The position numbers were made by a program, and so were the translations under genes. DNA of 64,000 bases from the human T2T-CHM13v2.0 reference genome, Homo sapiens. The stretch lies in NCBI RefSeq assembly GCF_009914755.1, contig NC_060931.1. One strand, 5' to 3'. This document shows positions 47,716-64,000 of this stretch, one piece after another. The notes under the pieces were generated by a model. That model was not told the origin of the DNA and searched no databases. It saw only the letters and a program-made list of their open reading frames with translations. Every line of letters starts with the position of its first letter. The stretch's first letter is position 1.

Positions 47716-48190
47716 TAAAATATTAGGCACTAACAGCCTCATTTTTGGCACAAAGACAAAATTTTATAAGCTAAATAATTGTAACACTAACCTCTCTGAG
47801 GGGGAAAGGGTGCAGGTATGTGGAAAAAAAAAAACACAGTCCTATATTTGGAGCTTGTTATAACAATAGCCAAACACCCCAGAGAAACAGGAAACAGTAT
47901 CTGCATACACACTGCTTCCTGGAGGGCTGGGATTCTAAAAACAGACACATCCTAATGTCAGCAGCACCTGGACTTGAAACTCCAACTGTGATGACAACTG
48001 CTGATACTGCATTAATGAAATACACAGACAAGGAATCAAGAGATGGAGTTGCTCTGATTAAGGTTCCAGAAAATAAGATATTGATCCCAGCACATTGGGT
48101 GGCCAAGGCAGGAGGATTGCTTGAGCCCAGGAGTTCGAGACCACGCTGGGGAACACAGAGAGACCTCATCTCTGATTATTTTTTAAAAAA

Positions 48191-48218
48191 GATAATGATG
48201 ATGATGATGATGATGATG
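48191..48218. repeat. (GAT)n microsatellite
   Basis: Direct reading; gives the poly-Met run in ORF 47820..48371. Confidence 0.88.
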
Positions 48219-48310
48219 GTACTGAGAAAATCTCCTTTACACGGTTTTGCCTGCCTAGAAAAAATTTCTGGCCGGGTGCGGTGGCTCACGCCTGTAATCC
48301 TAACACTTTG

Positions 48311-48378
48311 GGAGGCCGAGGTGGATGGACTGTCTGAGCTCAGGGGAGGCCAAGGTGGATGGACTGTCTGAGCTCAGG
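48311..48378. repeat. 34-bp tandem duplication inside an Alu
   Basis: GGAGGCCRAGGTGGATGGACTGTCTGAGCTCAGG x2, one mismatch. Confidence 0.92.
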
Positions 48379-49087
48379 AGTTTGAGACCAGCCTGGCTGA
48401 CATGGTGAAACCTCATCTCTACTAAAATATAAAAAATTAGCCAGGCATGGTGGTGTGCTCATGTAGTCCCAGCTACTCAGGAAGCTGAGGCAAGAGAATT
48501 GCTTGAACCCAGGATGCGGAGGTTGCAGTAAGCCAAGACTGTGACACTGCACTCCAGCCTGGGCGACAGAGTGAGACTCTATCTCAAAAAGAAAAAAAAA
48601 GAAAAAAAAAAAAAGAAAAACTTTCCCTTTTATTTTTCCTTAAGAAAAACAGATGCTAGTATGGACCTGGCTGCCGCAGCAGGCTTCCTAAGGTCGCTGG
48701 CCCCATAACCGACAAGCACAGCTGCATTCCTAAATGTAATGTCCTCACCACTGTCTTGGTTAAGTAACCCTATCATCCATCATCAGACACAGCCACTTAT
48801 GGAAGAGCAATGAAAGGAAGGCCTAGGTCCCAGAATCAGTACACTCAACTCCTATAGCCAATGCTGCAATCTTCTCTGACCCAGCTTAGCAATGAGCTCT
48901 TGGGATACAAACACAGAGGAGATACAAGGAGGCATCCCACAATCAAAGCCACACATGGCACAAGGCAGACTTTGTATGTCAAAAGGGTTCTTCTGTCAAA
49001 ACATGGTAGTCATAAGGGTGGACCATCTCCAATCAAACCTCCCACAAGGTGCAACAGTGGGATTTCATTTGGGAGGTTTTCAAATTA

Positions 49088-49423
<336 letters not shown>

Positions 49424-49554
49424 TCAAAGTTTTCCTCAAATGCCGGGTGCAGTGGCTCAGGCTTGTAATCCCCAGCACTTTGGGAGGCTGAGGCGGCAGA
49501 TCACCTGGAGTTCAAGACCAGCCTGACCAACATGGAGAAACCCCATCTCTACTA

Positions 49555-49695
<141 letters not shown>

Positions 49696-49941
49696 TCAAA
49701 AGCGAAACTCCGTCTCCAAAAAAAAAAAAAAAGTTTTCCTCAATTGAGCTACAGAAGAAGAGGATCAGTCTTCTGGATGGAGAGGACTGAATTCCACCTG
49801 CTCCAAATGTTCCCTCCACATCTTGTGATGTTCCTTTCAGAGAGGAGTATCAGCCAAAAGCTAAAGAAGCATTCTTTCAGCTCAGATGACAGGCTACTGG
49901 GACTTGATTTACGAAACAAAAGGGACAACAGAAGTTAGCTA

Positions 49942-50219
<278 letters not shown>

Positions 50220-50412
50220 TCAATCATTTATATTTCCTTTACATGTTCATGTTCTTTGCCCATTTTCCTACTGACCATTGGTTTTTTCTTTGTTTTTTTT
50301 TTGAGGGGGGGACGGAGTTTCCCTCTTGTGAAAGTGCTGGGGTTACAGGCATGAGCCACCGCTCCCAGCTTTCGATACATATTTTTAATAAGGCATATGA
50401 CGTTATGTGTAA

Positions 50413-50625
<213 letters not shown>

Positions 50626-50651
50626 TAGCCAGGATGGTCTCAATCTCCTCA

Positions 50652-50951
<300 letters not shown>

Positions 50952-52314
50952 TAGTCAGGATGGTCTTGATCTCCTGACCTCATGATGCACCCGCCTCAGC
51001 CTCCCAGAGTGCTGGAATTACAGGTGTAAGCCACCGCGCCTGGCCTTCAATACATATTTTTAATAAGGCATATAATGTTATGTGCAACAAACTGACAATT
51101 AAACGAACATGTTTTTATAAAATACTGTTTTCAGTTTGGCTGGGATATCTCTACCCACAAGTTACAGAAAATTCAACTCAAACTGGCTGAAAAGCAGGAA
51201 GGGCCACAATGACTCGAGCGACTGAGTGCAGAAGCAAGACGGCATCGGGGCTGCCCTGACCGAGACAAGCCTCCATCTCCTTGTGCTTCTCCCAGCTCTC
51301 CCCTGCCCTGTATGTCAGCTTACCCTGCGCTGTGAGTGGAGACACAGCTTCAGCCAGGAGAGCGACGATAAATGGCTTTTGGATCCTTCCTAGAGGGGCA
51401 AGGAAGCACTTCCCCAGAACCTTCCACCAAACTCTCCCTGACTCTCACTGGGCCAAACTGGGTCACGTGTCCATTCCTGAACCAATCACCAATACGTGAG
51501 CCCGGCCTAGGGTCTGCTTCTCTGACGCATACTTGGTATGTGTGGGATGGGGGCAAAACAAAACGGGGTTCTGTTTGGAGGAGGCTGTGGGATAGACAAC
51601 CCAGAACACTCCGACAACCCACAGATGACTTCTGAGCTCTGACCACAAGTACATGATGATGCAAGCATTGTACGAGTGTCTAGGAAGAGGGAACGGAGTG
51701 AATATGAGCATCCCTCACAGGGAGGTAAAGACGTCCCAACACCAAAAATATCTCAACACAAACAAACATGTAAGGAAAAAAAAAAGTACACCGACTGCTT
51801 CCACTCTGACCCTGCTATTACAGCCACAAACTCAGTGGTCTAACCAGAATGTGAGATGAACAAAAAAGGGCAAATAAGTTAGATAATGCTGTATCTGAAA
51901 TGACACCAGTCTCAATACTTCACCTTCAATAAGAAGCTTCCCAGCGCTGAAGCCACACTGTACACATGGTTTCTTTCTTTCCTTAAGCATCTGGCACCAA
52001 TGACAGCCTACATTTGGGGGCCAACACAAACGTGGAGCCTCCATCAATCCAGCCTCCTTGCGTGGATGTTTCTAGAGGCATACTAAAATACACAGAGCTA
52101 GCTGGGTGCAGTGGCTCACACCTGTAATACCAGCACTTTGGGAGGATGAGGTGGGTGGATCAGCTAAGGTCAGGAGTTCGAGACCAGCCTGGCCAACATG
52201 GTTCAACTTTGTCTCTACTAGACCAGGTGCAGTGGCTCACGCCTATAATCCCAGCACTTTGGGAGGCTGAGGCGGGCGGATCACGAGGTCAAGAGATGGA
52301 GACCATCCTGGCTA

Positions 52315-52572
<258 letters not shown>

Positions 52573-53572
52573 CTACTAAAAAAAAAAAAAAAAAAAAAAA
52601 AAGAAACTGTCTCTACTAAAAATACAAAAAAATTAGCTGGGTGTGGTGGCACGTGCCTGTAATCTCAGCTAGTTGGGAGGCTGAGGCAGAATTGTTTGAA
52701 TCTGGGAGGCAGAGGTTGGTTGCAGTGAGCTGAGATTACGCCATTGCAGTCCAGCCCTGGGCAACAAGGGCAAAACTCTGTCTCAAAAGAAAAAAGTAAA
52801 ATAAAATACACAGAGCTCTGTTTTCTATGTTACTGTGGTAATCAGGCACATGCCACTCTTGCTGGTCATCCCAAACCCTAAGGTCTTTTTCTCATGAAAG
52901 ATGTTGCTGCTAACATTTCTACCCTCTACATTGCTCCTATGAGCTAACACCTTTTACATTTCAGTCCTTTATTCCAAACTGTCAAGATCTTGATGCCGTC
53001 ACTCACTGTATCACCAGCGCCTCCCAGTGCACCTCACCACCAGCATATATCTGATATGCATACCTCGTCCATCCCAATTCAAGCAGTGACAAAGGACTAA
53101 AACATGGCGGATGGTGGCATGTCACACAGCCCTGCCTCTGACCAATGAATCATTTCTAAGAATGCATTCCTTTATTAGTCACCACAGTGCTCACATCATC
53201 CTATGAAGCAGAGGAATCCAACAGGGAAGGTTTCCAACACTTCTGGAGACATTCTCAGATAAATGGTTATCTACAGAAAACTGTAACACATATAAAAAAT
53301 ATGAAGAATAGGTGATCAGACGCGGTGGTTCACCCCTGTAATCCTAGCATTTTGGGAGACCGAGACGAGAGGATCACCTGAGCCCAGGAGTTCAAGATCA
53401 GTCTAAGCTATATAGCAAGACCCTGTCTCTACAAAAAATAAAAATAAAAAAAATTAGCCAGGTATGGTGGCACGTGCCTGTACTTCCAGCTACTTGGGGG
53501 TTGAGAAGAGAGGATTGCTTGAGCCCAGGTATTTGAGGCTGCAGTGAGCTATGATTGCGCCACTGCCCTCTA

Positions 53573-53923
<351 letters not shown>

Positions 53924-53954
53924 CTATCTCAAAAAATAAAAATAAAAAATAAAA

Positions 53955-55250
<1,296 letters not shown>

Positions 55251-55281
55251 TAGGTATCAAATAGAAAAGGCTACTTTTTAC

Positions 55282-55433
55282 CTCTCATGCTGACACACAT
55301 GATGGCTGACACAGTACATATGACAACTGCCAGGAGAATCATGAGGACGATCAAGTAACTGCTGAGCAAGGCTCCACCAGCACAGTCCAGCTTTCCTCTG
55401 TGCATGAGATACAACGTCAGAATGCCAATCCAC
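55282..55433 (-). CDS. DAGLB: DAGLB exon 2 (152 nt)
   Basis: gccag|GTGGAT...AGAG|gtaaaa; [50 protein letters not shown]. Confidence 0.98.
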
Positions 55434-55515
55434 CTGGCAAAAAAAAAAAAGGGAAGGGTCAGAAATGAAATCCAAGGAGCTGCTGTGTAGAACATGATAC
55501 AAAGAAATAAAAGGG

Positions 55516-56462
<947 letters not shown>

Positions 56463-56689
56463 AAGAATCTACTTTTGCATAACAATGATTCATTCCCTGC
56501 ACAGATCCTCTGGGAACAGACTTCAGGTACCAATGCCACTTCCCACTGATTCCACACTTTGAAAGACAACAGCGTTGTATGTTGAGCCTGTCTGCTTCTC
56601 ACGAAATGCAGCCACAACCGGCTCGGTATTTTTTCCTATCCTTCGTGTTGCAGATTCAAGTGCCCCGTACAAAGGGAAGGAAGGGCACA

Positions 56690-57450
56690 AGTGGCTGCTC
56701 CCGCCTCAAGAAAGGAGAACTCGAGGCCAAGGCTTTTGCCGGCGGTAACACCCTCGTGGCACCCCAGGGCCAGGTCTCGGCGCTGCACACAAAGGGGTGC
56801 TCGCGTCCTGCTGCGCGGACTTCCAAACCCCCTGTTTGTCCCCCGGGGCCAGCCCACACACTCTGGGGGCTTCGGTTTGTCATCCGTCAAATGGACACAG
56901 CACCACTGCCCACCTCTTCGGGCAGTGGTGAGAACTCGATAAGAGGATGCGTGGCCAGCGCTGGGACCGCGACAGTGCTTGGGAACCCACTTCTGTCACC
57001 GTCTCAAGGGACAGCTCGCCCCCCGCTCCCTCTCCGGTGGGCTCCACCGCCCCCGTAGCCGCCGTCCTTACCACAGCACTCGCACGACCAGCTCGAAGAA
57101 CCCTGGGAAGACCAAGTCGTCGCTGGCGATGGCCCAGCGCCGGCCGAAGAGTACCATCCCCGGCATGGCGAAGGTCCCGTAGCTCGCACTCAGGAGAGAC
57201 CCCGCGCGCCGTTCACCGAGAACAAACCAGCACCCTCCGGACGCCGCCACCAAATTATCGGCGCTCAAGCGCAAACGCAGCGAGGGCGGGGACCTGCGCA
57301 TGCTCACGCTGAGGCCGAGATCGGCGCAAGCGCACTGAGCCCTACACCGCCTCTTCCGCCGGAGCTGTCTGCGCCTGCGCAGAAACGCTGATCCGGAAGG
57401 CGCTGGCTGAGTCGATTGCAGGTCTGCCGGTCGGTGAAATCCGTTCTGGT
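56690..57450. promoter_or_regulatory. DAGLB: CpG-island, TATA-less DAGLB promoter and exon 1
   Basis: Dense CpG; GC box GGGCGGGG 57284-57291, NRF1-type TGCGCATGCTCA 57295-57306 and TGCGCCTGCGCA 57370-57381, ETS core CCGGAAG 57393-57399. Confidence 0.9.
57072..57166 (-). CDS. DAGLB: DAGLB exon 1 coding part (95 nt)
   Basis: ttcgccATGCCG...CTGTG|gtaagg; [31 protein letters not shown]. Confidence 0.98.
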
Positions 57451-57964
57451 ATTTTCTTTTTCTTTTTCGTGAAGAGTGCAGTGATATCCGTTCTGGTGAT
57501 ATTTCCTTTTCCTTTTTTTTTTTTTTTTTTTTTTGGTGACGGAGTCTCGCTCTGTTCCCAGGCTGGAGTGCAGTGGGTGTGATCTCGGCTCACTGCATCC
57601 TCCGCCTCCCGGGCTCAAGCGATTCACCTGTCTCAGGCTCCGGTGTAGCTGTGATTACAGGAGCGCGCCACCACGGCTAATTTTTGTATTTTTAGTAGAG
57701 ACGAAGTTTCACCATGTTGGCCAGGCTGGTCTCGAACCCCTGACCTCAAGTGATCCGCCCGCCTGGGCCTCCCAAAGTGCTAGGATTACAGGCGTGAACC
57801 ACTGCGCCCGGCCCTGTTTGTCTGTTTGTTTAAGGCAGCGTATGGCTCTGTCGTTCAGGGTGGAGTGCAGTGGCGCAATCATGACTCACTGCAGCCTTGA
57901 ACTCCTGAATGCCGCCTTGAATTCCTGGATTCCAGCGACTCTCCCACCTCAACCTCCTGAGTAG

Positions 57965-58252
<288 letters not shown>

Positions 58253-58887
58253 TAGAGACCGGAGTCTCACTCTGTTGCCCAGGCCGGTCTTGAACTCCTG
58301 GCCTCAAACCATCCTCCCGCCGCAGCCTCCCAAAGTGCTGGTATTACAGGCGTGAGCCACTACACCTGACCGAAATTTTCATTTTATAAGGAGGGACGCT
58401 TCAGGCCTGGAGGAATTAGCTAGCCTAGAGACCCAGGCTGTCAATGGCAGGTGTGGGACTCATATCCCGTTCTGTGAGACTTGCAAGCATGGGACAACAT
58501 TGCTTCCATCTGTGCCCCTTGCTGTAAGGAGCCCGTGTTAGGAACCCCTCGAGTTCAGGGTCTGAAACCACCCTGCAGCTGGCGGGGTGGAGTCTGAGCG
58601 CTTTTCAGTACCCCCACTGCCCCACCCTGGTCTGAGCCACCTTCATCTCCTGCCTGGGCTCATCACCCCACTGTGCTTTCTCATTCTGCTGTGCCCTCTT
58701 CAGCAGCCAGGGTGACTTTGTGAACCTTCAGATAAAGCCTGCACCCTGCCTGGGACTTTGCAAGGCTGCACTTTGTGCATAAAATTACATTGCAGGCCAG
58801 GCGCGGTGCCTCACGCCTGTAATCCCAACACTTTGGGAGGCTAAGGTGGGCGAATCACGAGGTCAGGAGGAGATCGAGACCATCTTA

Positions 58888-60653
<1,766 letters not shown>

Positions 60654-61639
60654 TCAAGAGACCCCTCAATTAGGGTCTTCATTAAGCAGAAAGAATGTGG
60701 TTAACACTCATGGCTGAAGTGGAAACTTCTGTCTTGTTATCACAGAAGTGCAGATGTGGCCTCTATGCTGCCTTATCTTGCCCAGAACTGGCTACACCTG
60801 CTGATCTTTTGCTTATGCCTTAACCCTTGTTAACCATTGATTACCCTCATTCCTGATTCTCCTGCCTCATTTCCTTTTTTTTTTTTTTTGAGATGGAGTC
60901 TTGTTCTGTGGCCTAGGTGGGAATGCCATGGCGCGATCTGAGTTCTGCAACCTCAGCCTTCTGAGTTCAAGCGATTCTCCTGCCTCAGCATTCTGAGTAG
61001 CTGGGATTATAGGCATATGCCACCATGCACAGCTAATTTTTGTATTTTTAGTAGAGACAGGGTTTTGCCATGTTGGCCTTGGCTGGTCTCGAACTCCTGA
61101 CCTCAAGTGATCCGCCCACCTCAGCTTCCCAAAGTACTGGGATTACAGGCGTGAGCCACCGCACCCAGCCTCTCCTGCCTCTTTTTTTGTTTTTGTTTTT
61201 TTTGTTTTTTTTGAGACGGAGTCTCGCTCTGTCGCCAGGCTGGAGTGTAGGGCGCGATCTCGGCTCACTGCAACCCCCGCCTCCTGGGTTCAAGCGACTC
61301 TTCTGCCTCAGCCTCCCTAGTAGTTGGGACTACAGGCATGGGCCACCACGCCCGGCTAATTTTTGTATTTTTAGCAGAGACGGATTTCACCATGTTGGCC
61401 AAGACGGTTTCGATCTCTTGACCTCGTGATCCACCTGCCTCGGGCTCCCAAAGTGCTGGGATTACAGGCATAAACCACCGTGGCCGGCCTGATTTTTGTA
61501 TTTTTAGTAGAGACAGGGTTTCGCCATGTTGCCCAGGCTGGTCTTGAACCCCAGACCTCAAGTGATCCGCCCACCTCGGCCTCCCAAGGTGCTGGGATTA
61601 CAGGTGTGAGCCATGGTGCCCCGCTCCTGCCTCATTTCT

Positions 61640-61925
61640 ATCTCTCACTTCATTCAGGCCTCAGCTCAAGTGTCACTGCATCAAAGAGGCCTTCCCTGAC
61701 CACCTTAGCTAAAACAGCAAAACTGTCGGTCTCTGTTCCTTACGCTGCTTTAGTTTCCTTCATGGCACATAATGAGCCCCTGACATTACATCATGTTTAT
61801 TATCTCTTACCTCCTCCCTTAAAAGTGTAAGTTTCACGAGCAGATGCACCTTGTCCATCTTATTCACTCCTATGAATGTAATAGAGCACATTCTAGGCAT
61901 TCTTAAATTCTCAATGAATGAATAA
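61640..61925 (+). mobile_element. L2 3' fragment
   Basis: CATTCAGGCCTCAGCTCAAGTGTCAC...AGAGGCCTTCCCTGACCACC...TGAATGAAT tail. Confidence 0.7.
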
Positions 61926-62125
61926 CTGATTATGTGTAGAGTAAGTGGGGCCAGGCACGGTGGCTGACGCCTGTAATTCCAGCACTTTTGGGAGGCCGAG
62001 GCAGGCGGATCACTTGAGGTCAGGAGTTCGAGAACAGCCTGGCCAACATGGTGAAACTCCATCTCTACTGAAAATACAAAAATTAGGTGGGCGTGGTGGC
62101 ACGTGCCTGTAATCCCAGCTGCTCA

Positions 62126-62323
<198 letters not shown>

Positions 62324-62754
62324 TCAGAGAACAGTACCAGGAAATTAATGTTAACATTGCAACATCAGCCAGGTGGCAAGCTGGCTTGAGGCTGAGACCA
62401 GCCTGGGCAACATAGCGAGACCCTGTCTCTTAAAAGAAAAAGTAAAAACATTGCAAGATCTCTACCAAAAGTTTCAGAATAAATGAAACTAATAATAATA
62501 AAATTAAAATACAAGCTTGCAAGGTCTGTGAACAAATACATTTTTAGACAAGGGTATTTCATTGGGCTGATGAAAATTCTGGGCATTGACCAGGTGCGGT
62601 GGCTCACACCTGTAATCCCAGCACTCTGGGAGGTGGACAGATCACTTGAGGTCAGGTGTTCGAAACCAGCCTAGCCAACATGGTGAAACCCTATCTCTAC
62701 TAAAATACAAAAATTAGCCGGGCATGGTGGCACAGGCACCTGTAGTCCCAGCTA

Positions 62755-62937
<183 letters not shown>

Positions 62938-62990
62938 TCATCATTATTATTTGTGTAATAAATTATCTGCTACACATCTATGCAGCACAG

Positions 62991-63862
62991 TGTTATCACA
63001 ACAGGTCTGGGGTATGCACATTCTAAAGAAAGGATTGGCTCTTGACCAGCTCCTAAAACATAACTTCTGAGCCCTTGGAATATTCTACTTGATAGGAGTG
63101 TATTTGTATATCTCAGGCCTTGGGCAACATCTAGTAGTTTATGCTAACAGTGGGTTGGTGGTGGCAGCCTTGCGCCATGCTGTATTAGGTTAACCTCTGG
63201 GTGGGTGGCTGGAGACTGAGTAGGTAAGGTGAGTCACACGGATGCTCCATGCCTACATGACCGAGCCTAATAAAATCCCTTGGACACCCAGGCTCAGGGA
63301 AGCTTCCCTAGTTGGACATACTTTATGCATGTTGTCACACATTGTTGCTGGGCAAATTAAGGATATATATATGACTCCACTGTGAAAGGAAGCTTATGCC
63401 TGGCGTCTCCCAGACACTGCCCTATGCACCTTTTCCTTTGCTGATTTGAATCCATATCCATTCACTGTAATAAGCTACAACCATAAGTATGACAGCCTTT
63501 CTGAGCCTGAGTGCTTCTAGCAAATCATAGAACATGGCCGGGCTCAGTAGCTCACTTCTGTGATCCCAGCACTTTGGGAGGCCGAGGCAGGTAGATCACT
63601 TGAAGTCGGGAGTTTGAGACCAGCCTGACCAACATGGTGATACTAAAAATATAAAAATTAGCCAGGCGTGCTGCCATGCACCTGTAATCCCAGGTACTTG
63701 GGAGGCTGAGGCAGGAAAATCCCTTGAACCCAGGAGGTAGAGGTTGCAGTGAGCCGAGATTGCAGTTGCACTCCAGCCTGGGTGACAGAGAGAGACTCTG
63801 TCTCAAAAAAAAAAAAAAAAAAATCACTCAACTTGAAGGTGGTTTGGGGGATCTCCAACACA
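62991..63862 (+). mobile_element. Solo ERVL-class LTR (MER21/MER68/MER77 group) interrupted by an Alu (63536-63822)
   Basis: TG...CA ends, internal AATAAA, motifs GCCCTTGGAATAT, GGCTGGAGACTGAG, CTTTTCCTTTGCTGATTT; exact subfamily uncertain. Confidence 0.7.
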
Positions 63863-63906
63863 ACATTCTTTGAATCAGTAAAATGTACAATAAATGTATG
63901 TGTATG

Positions 63907-64000
63907 GGCCGGGCACGGTGGCTCACGCCTGTAATCCCAGCAATTTGGGAGGCCGAGGCGGATAGGGCACAAGGTCAAAAGATCCAGACCATCCCGGCCA
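63907..64000 (+). mobile_element. Alu 5' end, cut by the window edge
   Basis: GGCCGGGCACGGTGGCTCACGCCTGTAATCCCAGC. Confidence 0.9.

Noticed and set aside
56579-57312. Long + strand ORFs antisense to DAGLB exon 1
   Set aside because: Expected stop-codon depletion in a CpG island; no recognisable protein features

Overview
Human (hominid-type) genomic DNA from the RAC1-DAGLB locus (established: 7p22.1). The + strand carries the 3' part of RAC1: exons 3, alternative 3b, 4, 5 and 6, plus a ~1.5-kb 3' UTR ending near 13370. The - strand carries the complete DAGLB gene: 15 coding exons that I assembled by hand into a 2019-nt / 672-aa ORF with GT-AG junctions, catalytic Ser443/Asp495/His639, a CpG-island promoter at ~56.7-57.45 kb and a polyA signal at 18545. 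The two genes converge ~5.2 kb apart. The rest is very Alu-dense, with L1, L2, MIR, Tigger, MER94 and ERVL-LTR fragments; most ORFs in the supplied track are Alu artefacts. I found no convincing new gene or new system. The best leads are: (1) the last RAC1 intron is 288 nt, in frame and stop-free; (2) a 14.7-copy CpG-rich 18-bp minisatellite arose inside a MIR next to DAGLB exon 9; (3) DAGLB exon 5 is stop-free in all frames, allowing a compensated exon 4+6 skip; (4) an in-frame upstream ATG could add 45 aa to DAGLB; (5) a recent 716-bp Alu-mediated tandem duplication lies upstream of the DAGLB promoter; (6) several smaller local duplications. Repeat boundaries and subfamily names are by eye and approximate.
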